This document shows positions 47,968-57,485 of a DNA stretch of 64,000 nt, one piece after another. The translations under genes and the position numbers were made by a program. The stretch covers positions 5,045-69,044 of the forward strand of contig DUVQ01000097.1 in the NCBI GenBank assembly GCA_012840965.1, read 5' to 3'. Below the pieces are notes generated by a model. The model was not told the DNA's origin. It saw only the letters and a program-made list of their open reading frames with translations, and ran no database searches. This DNA comes from Oligoflexales bacterium (lineage in GTDB: Bacteria > Myxococcota_A > UBA9042 > DTJE01). The first letter of the stretch is position 1. Each line of letters opens with the position of its first letter.

Positions 47968-48667
47968 TCAGTCCTTTGCCAAAGACGAAGACGAATCCCA
48001 CCATTGCTCTGAAGATGGCGTCTAGGCTAGGTGCCCTGCTCAATTTATTGCATTGCACCATTCCTTGCTCGGGAGCGGGGGTACAGCTATCGAAACCTGG
48101 GCCAAAACCCCAGATCGGGCCAGCCTCAAATGTGGTGAAAATATTAACGTTTTTGGCGACGCGACCCTCCAGACCCAGGTGGAAAAGCAGCGGCAGATGA
48201 ACTGAAACCCGGTAATCTGTAGTAAACAAGAAAGTTGGAGAAAATCTAGTCCCCCAATGCAAGTGCAGCCTACTCATAACATCGTAGCCCATAACCAGTT
48301 CAGGTATTGATGCTTGGATTCCCACTTTAATATCAGGCTTATAGCTCACGTAAAACGATGGCCGAGCCAACAAAGACATCTGGAAGCGGCCACGATCTAC
48401 CACGTTTAGCTTCACCCTGGTACCAAACGAGTTACCAAGCCGGACCTCCTCTTTAGTAATTGGCCCAAAATAGTGGAACGTAGCAAAGAGGGCAACCTCA
48501 AGGTGTCTTTGCACCGGCACGTAAACCGCCAACTGCACGTCCGGAAAACCACCCGAAACTTCAATCCCATAAACATTGGGAGCCATGGTATGCCCACCCT
48601 GGGTGGTCCAGGCGAGGGCCGCAGCAGGAATAATCAACGCAATCAGCAGAGCTACAACAAAACGCAT
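47963..48667 (-). CDS. hypothetical outer-membrane beta-barrel protein
   Basis: Start at MRFVVALLIALIIPAAALA (signal peptide). Alternating amphipathic strands. 234 aa. Confidence 0.4.
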   Translation of the reverse strand: MRFVVALLIALIIPAAALAWTTQGGHTMAPNVYGIEVSGGFPDVQLAVYVPVQRHLEVALFATFHYFGPITKEEVRLGNSFGTRVKLNVVDRGRFQMSLLARPSFYVSYKPDIKVGIQASIPELVMGYDVMSRLHLHWGTRFSPTFLFTTDYRVSVHLPLLFHLGLEGRVAKNVNIFTTFEAGPIWGFGPGFDSCTPAPEQGMVQCNKLSRAPSLDAIFRAMVGFVFVFGKGLN

Positions 48668-48783
48668 GGCCCCTCCAACGGACATAAAACCTCTGGAATT
48701 ATCCCTCAACAGCCAATTAAATGACAACTTCACGACAGTCCACCAAATTCACCGCCAAAGAATGATTTTGTAGCCAAGTCGGA

Positions 48784-48833
48784 GCTTCTTTTGGGGCCAG
48801 GGACAGGGTCAGGGGACAGGGACAGGGCCAGGG
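48784..48833. repeat. (GGGRCA)n array
   Basis: ggggccagggacagggtcaggggacagggacagggccaggg. Confidence 0.8.
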
Positions 48834-48834
48834 A

Positions 48835-49082
48835 GACGCTTGTGCTGATCTGCAGGATTTGGAGCTAAAAGGCGGTCGAGAGGGCACCCAGCAACATGGT
48901 CCGGGGGCAATCCTGGAGGGCGCTATCGGGAGTTGCCGACAGTCGGGGTGGCTACGGGAGATTTTGGGTCCGGAAGGATGCCCCCGGACATGTTTTACAA
49001 CTGTAACGAAGAGATCAAACGCCAAAGCCCAACAAACATCAGGAACCAAAACATGCTAATTAGCAGGATCTGTAGCTGGATA
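48835..49082. repeat. copy 2 of the ~250-bp structured intergenic repeat element (no insertion)
   Basis: Aligns end-to-end with 4136..4497 minus the 112-bp insertion. Has the same long-range inverted repeat and GGUCCGGAAGGA motif. Confidence 0.75.
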
Positions 49083-49130
49083 AGGGACAGGGTCAGGGAC
49101 AGGGCCAGGCGTAGGATCAGGGCAGGGACC
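49083..49130. repeat. (GGGRCA)n array
   Basis: gggacagggtcagggacagggccaggcgtaggatcagggcagggacc. Confidence 0.8.
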
Positions 49131-52100
49131 TTGCGAGGCGGAAGCCTAGGTTTGGCTGCCTGCCAATTGGGGTATTACCATGGCGGAAAGCTGACCTTAA
49201 CAGGCCAGCACCACTACTTAGATTGCCGCCACGATTAGCCCGCGAGCTGCCGGTGCTAGGCCCTACTGGATCAGAGCAACCTTGCTCACACATACTGTAG
49301 TAGGTGGTACTGTACCAGTCGTTCACCCACTCCGAAACATTGCCATGAACATCGTACAAACCCCAATGGTTTGGCAGCTTTTGTGCAACCGGTTGGCTTT
49401 TACTACCCGAGTTATAGCCGTACCAAGCAATGTCTGGAAGTCCAATTCCAAAAGGATTACCCGCGTCACATATTGGTTCCCCATTGTGGCCAACATTGCT
49501 GCCAATCCAGTACGCTGTTGTAGTTCCAGCTCGGGCGGCATATTCCCATTCTGCCTCGGTAGGCAAACGATAACCTGTGCACAAAAGACCAACAAAAGTT
49601 ACATTGCAGGAATAGTTGCCACCACCTGGAGTTCCCGAACAATTGGACAGCTGATAGCAAGGTTGAAAGCCTTCTTCAGTAGAAAGGGCGTTAGCATAAG
49701 CCACAGTATCAAACCAGTTGACCTGTTCCACAGGACAATCATCACCACAGGCGGTGTTGTAAGAAGGATTGTTGCTAAAAATGGCCTTCCATTCACCTTG
49801 AGTCACTTCAGTCTGTTTCATTAAAAAAGGACGTGTAATCGTGACTGGATGAACTGGCCCCTCATTTGCCCATCGGCATCCCTCATCACTAGGTGACCCC
49901 ATCTCAAAAGTACATGCCGGCAGCAAGCACCAGCCGTTGTTGCAAATGGTCGATGCTGTACACCCATCGACCGGTACACAGTTACCGCCAACCGGACGGT
50001 AGCCTTCGATACAGATGCACAAGGGCTGATTCAAAGCTGTGACTACACATGAACCATAACCACTGCAGGTGATACCAGAACAAGGATCTGTAGGGGAGAC
50101 GCAAGCGTGGCCATCCCAGTCGTACCCTTGGTTACAGACACACATGGCCTCATTGGTAGCGGTGATTAGACAGGAACTGTTGCTGCCGCAGTCGACACTT
50201 GAACATGGGTTGGTAGTGGCAGTGCAACCTTGGCCATCCCAATCGTACCCTTGGTTACAGATGCACAAGGCCTCGTTGGCAGCGGTGACCACACAAGAGC
50301 CTTGGTTGCTGCAGGTGACTTGGGCGCATGCATCTTCAATACAAGCCTGGCCCACTCGACGGTATCCTTGGTTACAGATGCACAGGGCCTCGTTGGCAGC
50401 GGTGACTACACAAGAACCTTGGTTGCTGCAGGTGACTCCGGCGCATGCATCTTCAATACAAGCTTGGCCCACTCGACGGTATCCTTGGTTACAGATGCAC
50501 AGGGCCTCGTTGGCGGAGGTGACCACACAAGAGCCTTGGTTGCTGCAGGTGACTTGGGCGCATGCATCTTCAATGCAAGCCTCGCCCACTCGACGGTATC
50601 CTTGGTTACAGATGCACAAGGCCTCGTTGGCGGCGGTGACCACACAAGAGCTATTGTTACCACAGTCGACATTTGAACACGCATTTGTAGCGGCTAAGCA
50701 ATCGTTTCCAACGTTATGGTAGCCTTGGTCACAGATACACAAGGGTTCACTGGTTCCTGTGACTACACAAGAGCCATTTTCACTGCAATCAATGTCTTCA
50801 CAGGGCGAGTTTGGCACTCCGCCTCCTCCTTCATCCCACATGCATGCAGGACCGTTAGAAAGATAGCCAGGCCGGCAAATGCATACGGGGGTATTGTCAT
50901 GAGCAATGGCGCAGACGCCTCCGCCTACACATGTGATCCCTTCACAGGGGTTTTCTTCCGGGGATTCCTGGCAAACATCTTCTTTCAGTGTAAATCCTGG
51001 GTCGCAGATGCAGATTGGCCCGACGGCACCAATGGCGCAACGTCCATGGGTGCCACAGTCGACATTAGTACATACATTTGTGGCGGCGACGCAATTGTTC
51101 TCAACAGCGCTGTAGCCCTCGTCACAGACACACAAGGCCTCATTTGAGGCGGTGACTATACAAGAACCCTTGTAACTACAGAAGACGTCTTCACAGGGTG
51201 AATCTGGTACTTCATCCTCCAGACATTGAGCTCCGTCAGAATGATGGCCAGGGCGGCAAAGGCAGACGGGGGTACTGTCATGCGCAACAGTGCAGACACC
51301 GTTGCCGGCACACATGACGTTTTTGCATGGATCGTCCACTGGGGACTCCTGGCAAAGGTCGTTTATTAGTGTAAATCCTGGGTCGCAGACGCAGATTGGT
51401 CCAACAGCGCCAAGTGCGCAACGTCCATGGGTGCCACAGTCGACATTAGCACACACATTGGTGGTGACAACACAGGTGTTGTCTTCTTGGTGGAAGCCTT
51501 CGTCACAAACACACAAGGCTTCGTTGGCTGCGGTAACTACGCAAGAGCCATTGTTACCGCAGTTGGCGCTCAAACACGGGTCTGCGATGCATTGGTCGCC
51601 GTCTCGCATGTATCCTTGGTTACAAACACACAGGGCTTCGTTGGCTGCGGTAACTACGCAAGAGCCATTGTTACCGCAGTTGGCGCTCAAACACGGGTCT
51701 GCGATGCATTGGTCGCCATCTCGCATGTATCCGGGGTTACAAACACACAAGGCTTTATTGGCGGCGGTAACTACACAGGAGCCATTGTTACCGCAGTTGG
51801 CACTCAAACACGGGTCTGCGATGCATTGGTCGCCATCTCGCATGTAGCCTTGGTCACAAACACACAAGGCTTTATTGGCGGCGGTAACCACGCAGGAACC
51901 AAAGCCGCTGCAATCGATGTTTGTACAGGGTGAGTCTGGTTCTTCCTCTGTGTCACCTTTCACGCACCTGTCACCGTCGGAATGATAGCCGGGACGGCAA
52001 AGGCAGACCGCGGTATTGTCGTGGGCAACCGCACAGACGCCATTGCCTTCACACACTACGCCTTCACAAGGGCTATCCACCAAGGTTTCCTGACAAGTAT

Positions 52101-52929
52101 CGCCATGCAGTGTAAATCCATCGTCACAGATACAGATAGGCCCCTCAGCGCCAAGCGCACAGCGCCCGTGGTCGCCGCAGTCGAGCCCCAAACATGGATT
52201 CGTCACGGCAACGCAATCCTTACCCTCCAGGTGGTAGCCTTCGTTACAAACACACAGCGGCTCGTTTGCGGTGGTCACTACACAAAAACCGTGGTCACCA
52301 CAGTCAACTTCAGAACATGGATTGGTCGTCACAACGCAATCCTTACCCTCCAGGTGGTAACCTTCGTTACAAACACACAGCGGCTCGTTTGCGGTGGTCA
52401 CTACACAAAAACCATTGTCACCACAGTCAACTTCTGCACATGGACTAGGCACGGCAACGCAACTGTTGCCATCGAGGTGGTATCCCTGGTCACAGATACA
52501 TAAGGCCTTGTTGCCAGCCGTCACAACGCAAGAGCCATAACCACCACAGGTGATACCTGCACAAGGCGAGCGTGGCACTTCATCTTCAACACAAGTGGCA
52601 CCGTCGGAGTGATATCCTGTGCGACAAAGACACACTGCGGTTTTGCCCTGGACAACAGCACAGACGCCATTGCCATCACATGTGATCTCCGCACAAGGGT
52701 CATCAACTGGGGATTTCTTGCAAACCTCGTCTTGCACAGTGTAACCAGGGTCACAGATGCAGATTGGACCTTCAGCCCCAACTGCACAACGCCCACGACT
52801 GCCGCAGTCAACACCAACGCAGTAATTCTCGAACTGCTCGTCATCAAAGCCAAAATCGAAAGAGCGGTCGTTATTGCTAACACAGGCGATGAAAAACAGC
52901 GTAACTAAAGGCAAAACTCTCTTCAACAT
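49117..52929 (-). CDS. giant lipoprotein: ~28 EGF-like Cys-rich modules plus C-terminal FGE/SUMF1-like domain (paralog 1)
   Basis: Start at MLKRVLPLVTLFFIAC|VSNN. Repeated CxxxDCGxHGxCxxxxxxxxCxCDxGYxxxxxxC modules. C-terminus RLPTEAEWEYAARAGTTTAYWIG...GLYDVHGNVSEWVNDWY...RGG...GFRLARSLP matches the FGE-sulfatase domain. Confidence 0.75.
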   Translation of the reverse strand: MLKRVLPLVTLFFIACVSNNDRSFDFGFDDEQFENYCVGVDCGSRGRCAVGAEGPICICDPGYTVQDEVCKKSPVDDPCAEITCDGNGVCAVVQGKTAVCLCRTGYHSDGATCVEDEVPRSPCAGITCGGYGSCVVTAGNKALCICDQGYHLDGNSCVAVPSPCAEVDCGDNGFCVVTTANEPLCVCNEGYHLEGKDCVVTTNPCSEVDCGDHGFCVVTTANEPLCVCNEGYHLEGKDCVAVTNPCLGLDCGDHGRCALGAEGPICICDDGFTLHGDTCQETLVDSPCEGVVCEGNGVCAVAHDNTAVCLCRPGYHSDGDRCVKGDTEEEPDSPCTNIDCSGFGSCVVTAANKALCVCDQGYMRDGDQCIADPCLSANCGNNGSCVVTAANKALCVCNPGYMRDGDQCIADPCLSANCGNNGSCVVTAANEALCVCNQGYMRDGDQCIADPCLSANCGNNGSCVVTAANEALCVCDEGFHQEDNTCVVTTNVCANVDCGTHGRCALGAVGPICVCDPGFTLINDLCQESPVDDPCKNVMCAGNGVCTVAHDSTPVCLCRPGHHSDGAQCLEDEVPDSPCEDVFCSYKGSCIVTASNEALCVCDEGYSAVENNCVAATNVCTNVDCGTHGRCAIGAVGPICICDPGFTLKEDVCQESPEENPCEGITCVGGGVCAIAHDNTPVCICRPGYLSNGPACMWDEGGGGVPNSPCEDIDCSENGSCVVTGTSEPLCICDQGYHNVGNDCLAATNACSNVDCGNNSSCVVTAANEALCICNQGYRRVGEACIEDACAQVTCSNQGSCVVTSANEALCICNQGYRRVGQACIEDACAGVTCSNQGSCVVTAANEALCICNQGYRRVGQACIEDACAQVTCSNQGSCVVTAANEALCICNQGYDWDGQGCTATTNPCSSVDCGSNSSCLITATNEAMCVCNQGYDWDGHACVSPTDPCSGITCSGYGSCVVTALNQPLCICIEGYRPVGGNCVPVDGCTASTICNNGWCLLPACTFEMGSPSDEGCRWANEGPVHPVTITRPFLMKQTEVTQGEWKAIFSNNPSYNTACGDDCPVEQVNWFDTVAYANALSTEEGFQPCYQLSNCSGTPGGGNYSCNVTFVGLLCTGYRLPTEAEWEYAARAGTTTAYWIGSNVGHNGEPICDAGNPFGIGLPDIAWYGYNSGSKSQPVAQKLPNHWGLYDVHGNVSEWVNDWYSTTYYSMCEQGCSDPVGPSTGSSRANRGGNLSSGAGLLRSAFRHGNTPIGRQPNLGFRLARSLP

Positions 52930-53033
52930 AGCAACCCTCCAGGCAACCGGCATCTATTCCAGAAACCACCGCCTCACAAACGAAAAATCAAGGGGTTAGC
53001 AGGTTCAGGCTAGCATCAGCATGGATCCACGTC

Positions 53034-53075
53034 AAGGGCAGGGCCGGGGAGAGGGATAGGAGCCGGGGACAGGAC
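53034..53075. repeat. (GGGRCA)n-related G-rich array
   Basis: gggcagggccggggagagggataggagccggggacagg. Confidence 0.6.
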
Positions 53076-53084
53076 CCCAAGGTA

Positions 53085-56000
53085 CTAGGGCAGCGACCTA
53101 GCTAGACGTAAGCCAATCATGTAGGCCGAGTAGGAAGGCGCAGCGTCGAGGCGTGCAGCTGATCGTAACTTGTCAGCATGGGCGATAAACCAGCCTCCAC
53201 GATAAACCCGCGTCGTACCCCCCTGAAATCCAATTGGATCTGTACAGCCCTGTGCACAGTAGTCGTAATAGGTGGCACTGTAAAAGTCATACACCCATTC
53301 AGCTACACTGCCGTGAACATCATACAAACCCCATTGGTTTGGAAGCTTTTGCCCAACTGGATGGCTTTCATTACCCGAGCTGTAGGCATACCAGGCAATC
53401 TCAGGTAGTCCCGTCCCCGAAGGATCTCCGTTGTTACACACTGGCAACCCATTGGACCCAATGTTACTCCCAATCCAATAAGCGGTCGTTGTTCCAGCCC
53501 TAGTGGCATGTTCCCACTCTGCCTCGGTGGGCAATCGATATCCATTACACCTAAGACCAGCAAAACTTGCTGACGAGCAATTAAAGCTAGCGGTACCTGG
53601 GGTACCATTACATCCATACAGGGTATAGCACTGATTAAAACCGTCTTCCAAGGAAAGCCTGTTCGCATAATCAACCGCAGCATACCAGTTGACATTCTCT
53701 ACAGGGCAGTCATCTCCACAAAGGTCGGCATGAGATGGATTGGTGCCATAAATCGCCTTCCATTCTCCTTGGGTCACCTCGGTCTGTTTCATGAAGAACG
53801 GACGTGTAATCGTGACTAGATGAACTGGCCCCTCGTTATTCTTTCGGCATCCCTCATTACTAGGAGACCCCATTTGAAAGGTGCACGCAGGGATCAAGCA
53901 CCAGCCGTTCGCACAAACACTCGGGGCTTCACACACAGGATCGTCCTCAACACAGTTGGTTCCATCTGGACGATAGCCTTGATTACAGACGCATAAGGCT
54001 TCATTCAAACCTGTAACCACACAAGAACCATGGCCGCCGCAGTTGATACCTGTACATGGGCTAGCAATACAATTGTCTCCATTGCGAAGGTATCCTGGGT
54101 TACAGACACACAAGGGGTTATTGTCGGCTGTGACTACGCAAGAGCTGTTGGTTCCGCAGTTGACACCTATACATGGGCTGGCAATACAATTTTCGCCATC
54201 GCGAAGGTATCCTGGGTCACATACACACAAGGGCTCATCGTCGGCAGTGGCCACGCAAGAGCTGTTGGTGCCGCAGTTGACACCTGCGCATGGATTAGGC
54301 ACAGGCTCGCAGGTGTTACCATTGCGGCTGAAGCCCTCGTTACAGACGCATAGAGGTTGATTGGAACCTGTGATTACACAGAAGCCATTGCCACCGCAGG
54401 CAACACCAGAACATACGTTAGGTTTGCATTCATTGTTTACGCGACGGAAGCCCTCGTTACATACACACCTGGGGTCAAAGTAACCATCGACCACACAGAA
54501 ACCATTAGCGCAGCTATAATCCATACATGGATTAGGGTGGCAATTTGGGCCATGGTTAAAGTACCCGTAGTCGCATACACACAAGCCTTCGTTGGCTGCG
54601 GTGACTACACAAGAACTATGGGTGCCGCAGTGGGTCAATCTACATGGGCTATCCAAACATCTATCGCCATCGCGATAGGAGCCCTCGTTACAGATACACA
54701 ACGCTTCGGCGGAATTAGTAACTACACAGGTACCCCTATTGCTGCAGGTGACATTTTTACACGGATTTTGGACACATTCATCGCCACTGCGAATGAAGCC
54801 TGGGTAGCAGATACACACGGGTTGATTGGAGACGTCGGTCACACAATAGCTATAGGTACCGCAGTCTTTGTTTGCACATCCAATTCTTTCGCAGTAATCG
54901 CCAAACCTATAGTAGCCATGGTCGCAGACACACACGTCTTGATTGTCAGCGGTGACCACACAAGAACCGTGTTCACTGCAGGTCTTTCCTGCACAAGGTG
55001 AGGGTGGCGCTACAACTTCCACGCATTTAGCACCGTCAGAGTAGTAACCAGGGCGGCAATGGCAGAAAGGGGTATTGTCATGGGCAAGGGCGCAGACGCC
55101 ATTACCTGCACATGTGACGTTTTCACAGGGGTCATTTAAAGGGGTGACTTGGCAAACACCATCTTGCAGTGTGTATCCTGGGTCGCAGATGCAGATATGA
55201 CCGGCGGCGCCAAGTGCGCAACTCCCATGCTCACCACAGTTGGCATTATCACATGGATTGGGCGTCAGAACGCAGTTGTCCCCAACGCTGTAGTAACCTT
55301 GGTCGCAGACACATAAGGCCTGCTTGCTGGCGGTGACCACACATGAACCTTTGAAGCCGCAGGTGATGCCTTCACAGGGCGAAACCTCCACCGTGTCTTT
55401 TACACAGACGGCACCGTCAGAATGATAGCCAGGACGGCAATGGCAGAAGGGGGTATTATCATGTGCGAGAGCACAGACTCCATTGCCCACACAAGTGACG
55501 TTTTCACAGGGGTCATTTACTGGTGTCACTTGGCAAACGCCATCTTGCAGCGTGTATCCAGGGTCGCAGATGCAGATCGGCCCGGCGGAGCCAAGTGCGC
55601 ACCGTCCATGTGCACCGCAGTTGGCGTTCTCACATACGTCTGTATCGGGAACACACTCGTTGTTTACCGGGTGGTAGCCTTGGTCACATACACATAAGGC
55701 TTGATTATCAGCGGTTACTACACAGGACCCTTTGTAACTGCAGGTAATGTTTTCACATGGTGAAACTGGCGTTGCGTCTTTGACACAGACGGCACCATCG
55801 GAATGATAGCCAGGGCGGCAAAGACAGACCGCGGTGTTGTTGTGGGCAACAGCACATGCCCCATTGCCTGCACATACAACGTTTTTACAGGGGTCGTCTA
55901 CTGGGGTTGCTTGGCAGATGCCGTCTTGCAGCGTGTATCCAGGGTCGCAGATGCAGATTGGCCCAACAGCGCCAAGTGCGCACCGTCCATGTTCACCGCA

Positions 56001-57227
56001 GTTGATATCTGCGCATGCATTCGTCGTGGCAACGCAGTTGTTGCCGTCGCGACGGTAGCCTTCGTGACAGATACATAATGCTTCTTTGGCAGCGGTGACT
56101 ACACAATAACCCTTGTTGCTGCAGGAGACGCCCGCACACGGATCCGCGATACAATCGTTATCGTCCTGAATGTAGCCTCGGTTACAGAGACACATGGCCT
56201 CATTTTCGGCGGTGACTATGCAAGAGCTGTTGTTACCACAGTTGGCATTGAAACACGGGTCTGCGATACACTCGTTGTCAACTTGCAGGTAGCCTTGGTC
56301 ACAGATACACAGCGGTTCGTTTTCGCCAGTGACAACACAAGAGCCAAAGCCACTGCAGGCGATGTCTTTACACGGCGATCCCGGTCCTTCACCACCTCCA
56401 TCTAACAGACATGTGGCACCGTCGGAATGATAGCCATGGCGACAGATGCAGACGGGGGTATTATCATGCGCAACGGCACAGACACCATTGCCAGCACATA
56501 CGATGTCTTTACAGGGGTCGTCAACGGTGGATTCTATGCAAACCCCGTCCTGCAGCGTGAATCCTTGGTCGCAGATGCAGATGGCCCCAACGGCGCCAAG
56601 TGCACAACGCCCGTGTGCGCCACAGTCGACCCCTGAACATGGATTGGTGGTCGCAACGCAGTTATCGTCCCCCTCCTGATGATAGCCTTGGTCACAGATA
56701 CAAACGGCCTGATTGTCTGCATTGACCAGACAAGACCCATGCCCTCCGCAGGTGACGCCAGCACATGGACCAGCAGTGGCAACGCAGTTATCGCCCCCCT
56801 CCTGATGGTAGCCTTCATCACAGATACAAACGGCCTCATTGTCTGCGTTGACCAGACAAGACCCATGCCCTCCGCAAGTCACGCCAGCACAGGGCGAGCG
56901 TGGCACATCATCTTCCACGCAATTGGTACCGTCCGCGTGATAGCCAATGCGGCAAAGACACACCGCGGTTTTACCCTGGGTAACAGCACAGACTCCATGG
57001 TTATCGCAGGTGATTCCTTCACACGGGTCATCAGTCGGGGACTCCTTGCAAAGACCATCTTGCAGGGTATATCCCTGATCACAGATGCAAAGCGGCCCCT
57101 CAGCGCCAACTGCACAGTGCCCATGGGCACCACAGTCAAAACCGACACAATAGTTCTCGAACTGACCGGTCCCGCCACCACATGCAACAAAAAGCACGGT
57201 AACCAAAGGCAAGGCTCTCTTAAACAT
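53085..57227 (-). CDS. giant Cys-rich repeat lipoprotein with C-terminal FGE/SUMF1-like domain (paralog 2)
   Basis: Start at MFKRALPLVTVLFVAC|GGG. About 1,380 aa. Same module types, including near-identical ~127-aa super-repeats. C-terminus RLPTEAEWEHATRAGTTTAYWIG...GFRLARSLP. Confidence 0.75.
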   Translation of the reverse strand: MFKRALPLVTVLFVACGGGTGQFENYCVGFDCGAHGHCAVGAEGPLCICDQGYTLQDGLCKESPTDDPCEGITCDNHGVCAVTQGKTAVCLCRIGYHADGTNCVEDDVPRSPCAGVTCGGHGSCLVNADNEAVCICDEGYHQEGGDNCVATAGPCAGVTCGGHGSCLVNADNQAVCICDQGYHQEGDDNCVATTNPCSGVDCGAHGRCALGAVGAICICDQGFTLQDGVCIESTVDDPCKDIVCAGNGVCAVAHDNTPVCICRHGYHSDGATCLLDGGGEGPGSPCKDIACSGFGSCVVTGENEPLCICDQGYLQVDNECIADPCFNANCGNNSSCIVTAENEAMCLCNRGYIQDDNDCIADPCAGVSCSNKGYCVVTAAKEALCICHEGYRRDGNNCVATTNACADINCGEHGRCALGAVGPICICDPGYTLQDGICQATPVDDPCKNVVCAGNGACAVAHNNTAVCLCRPGYHSDGAVCVKDATPVSPCENITCSYKGSCVVTADNQALCVCDQGYHPVNNECVPDTDVCENANCGAHGRCALGSAGPICICDPGYTLQDGVCQVTPVNDPCENVTCVGNGVCALAHDNTPFCHCRPGYHSDGAVCVKDTVEVSPCEGITCGFKGSCVVTASKQALCVCDQGYYSVGDNCVLTPNPCDNANCGEHGSCALGAAGHICICDPGYTLQDGVCQVTPLNDPCENVTCAGNGVCALAHDNTPFCHCRPGYYSDGAKCVEVVAPPSPCAGKTCSEHGSCVVTADNQDVCVCDHGYYRFGDYCERIGCANKDCGTYSYCVTDVSNQPVCICYPGFIRSGDECVQNPCKNVTCSNRGTCVVTNSAEALCICNEGSYRDGDRCLDSPCRLTHCGTHSSCVVTAANEGLCVCDYGYFNHGPNCHPNPCMDYSCANGFCVVDGYFDPRCVCNEGFRRVNNECKPNVCSGVACGGNGFCVITGSNQPLCVCNEGFSRNGNTCEPVPNPCAGVNCGTNSSCVATADDEPLCVCDPGYLRDGENCIASPCIGVNCGTNSSCVVTADNNPLCVCNPGYLRNGDNCIASPCTGINCGGHGSCVVTGLNEALCVCNQGYRPDGTNCVEDDPVCEAPSVCANGWCLIPACTFQMGSPSNEGCRKNNEGPVHLVTITRPFFMKQTEVTQGEWKAIYGTNPSHADLCGDDCPVENVNWYAAVDYANRLSLEDGFNQCYTLYGCNGTPGTASFNCSSASFAGLRCNGYRLPTEAEWEHATRAGTTTAYWIGSNIGSNGLPVCNNGDPSGTGLPEIAWYAYSSGNESHPVGQKLPNQWGLYDVHGSVAEWVYDFYSATYYDYCAQGCTDPIGFQGGTTRVYRGGWFIAHADKLRSAARLDAAPSYSAYMIGLRLARSLP

Positions 57228-57485
57228 ACAACCCCTCCAAGTCATCGACACGCTAGTCACGTGGAAAAACCACAAAGACCAAACCTATTGCGACCCTAGT
57301 GCGCACGCTACTCCTGCCATAAATTCGTGTCAACAGAAAGATCTGACAAAAAAAACAGTGGCTTAAGTTGCCAAAGCCCGTGGTCGTTATTTACCCCCGC
57401 AATCGATAAACGGTCCCCAAACAATCTGGTGGTACGAGTACCGAGGAAGGATAAACAAAAGCGGAGGGGGTACGGTGGGGGCTGA

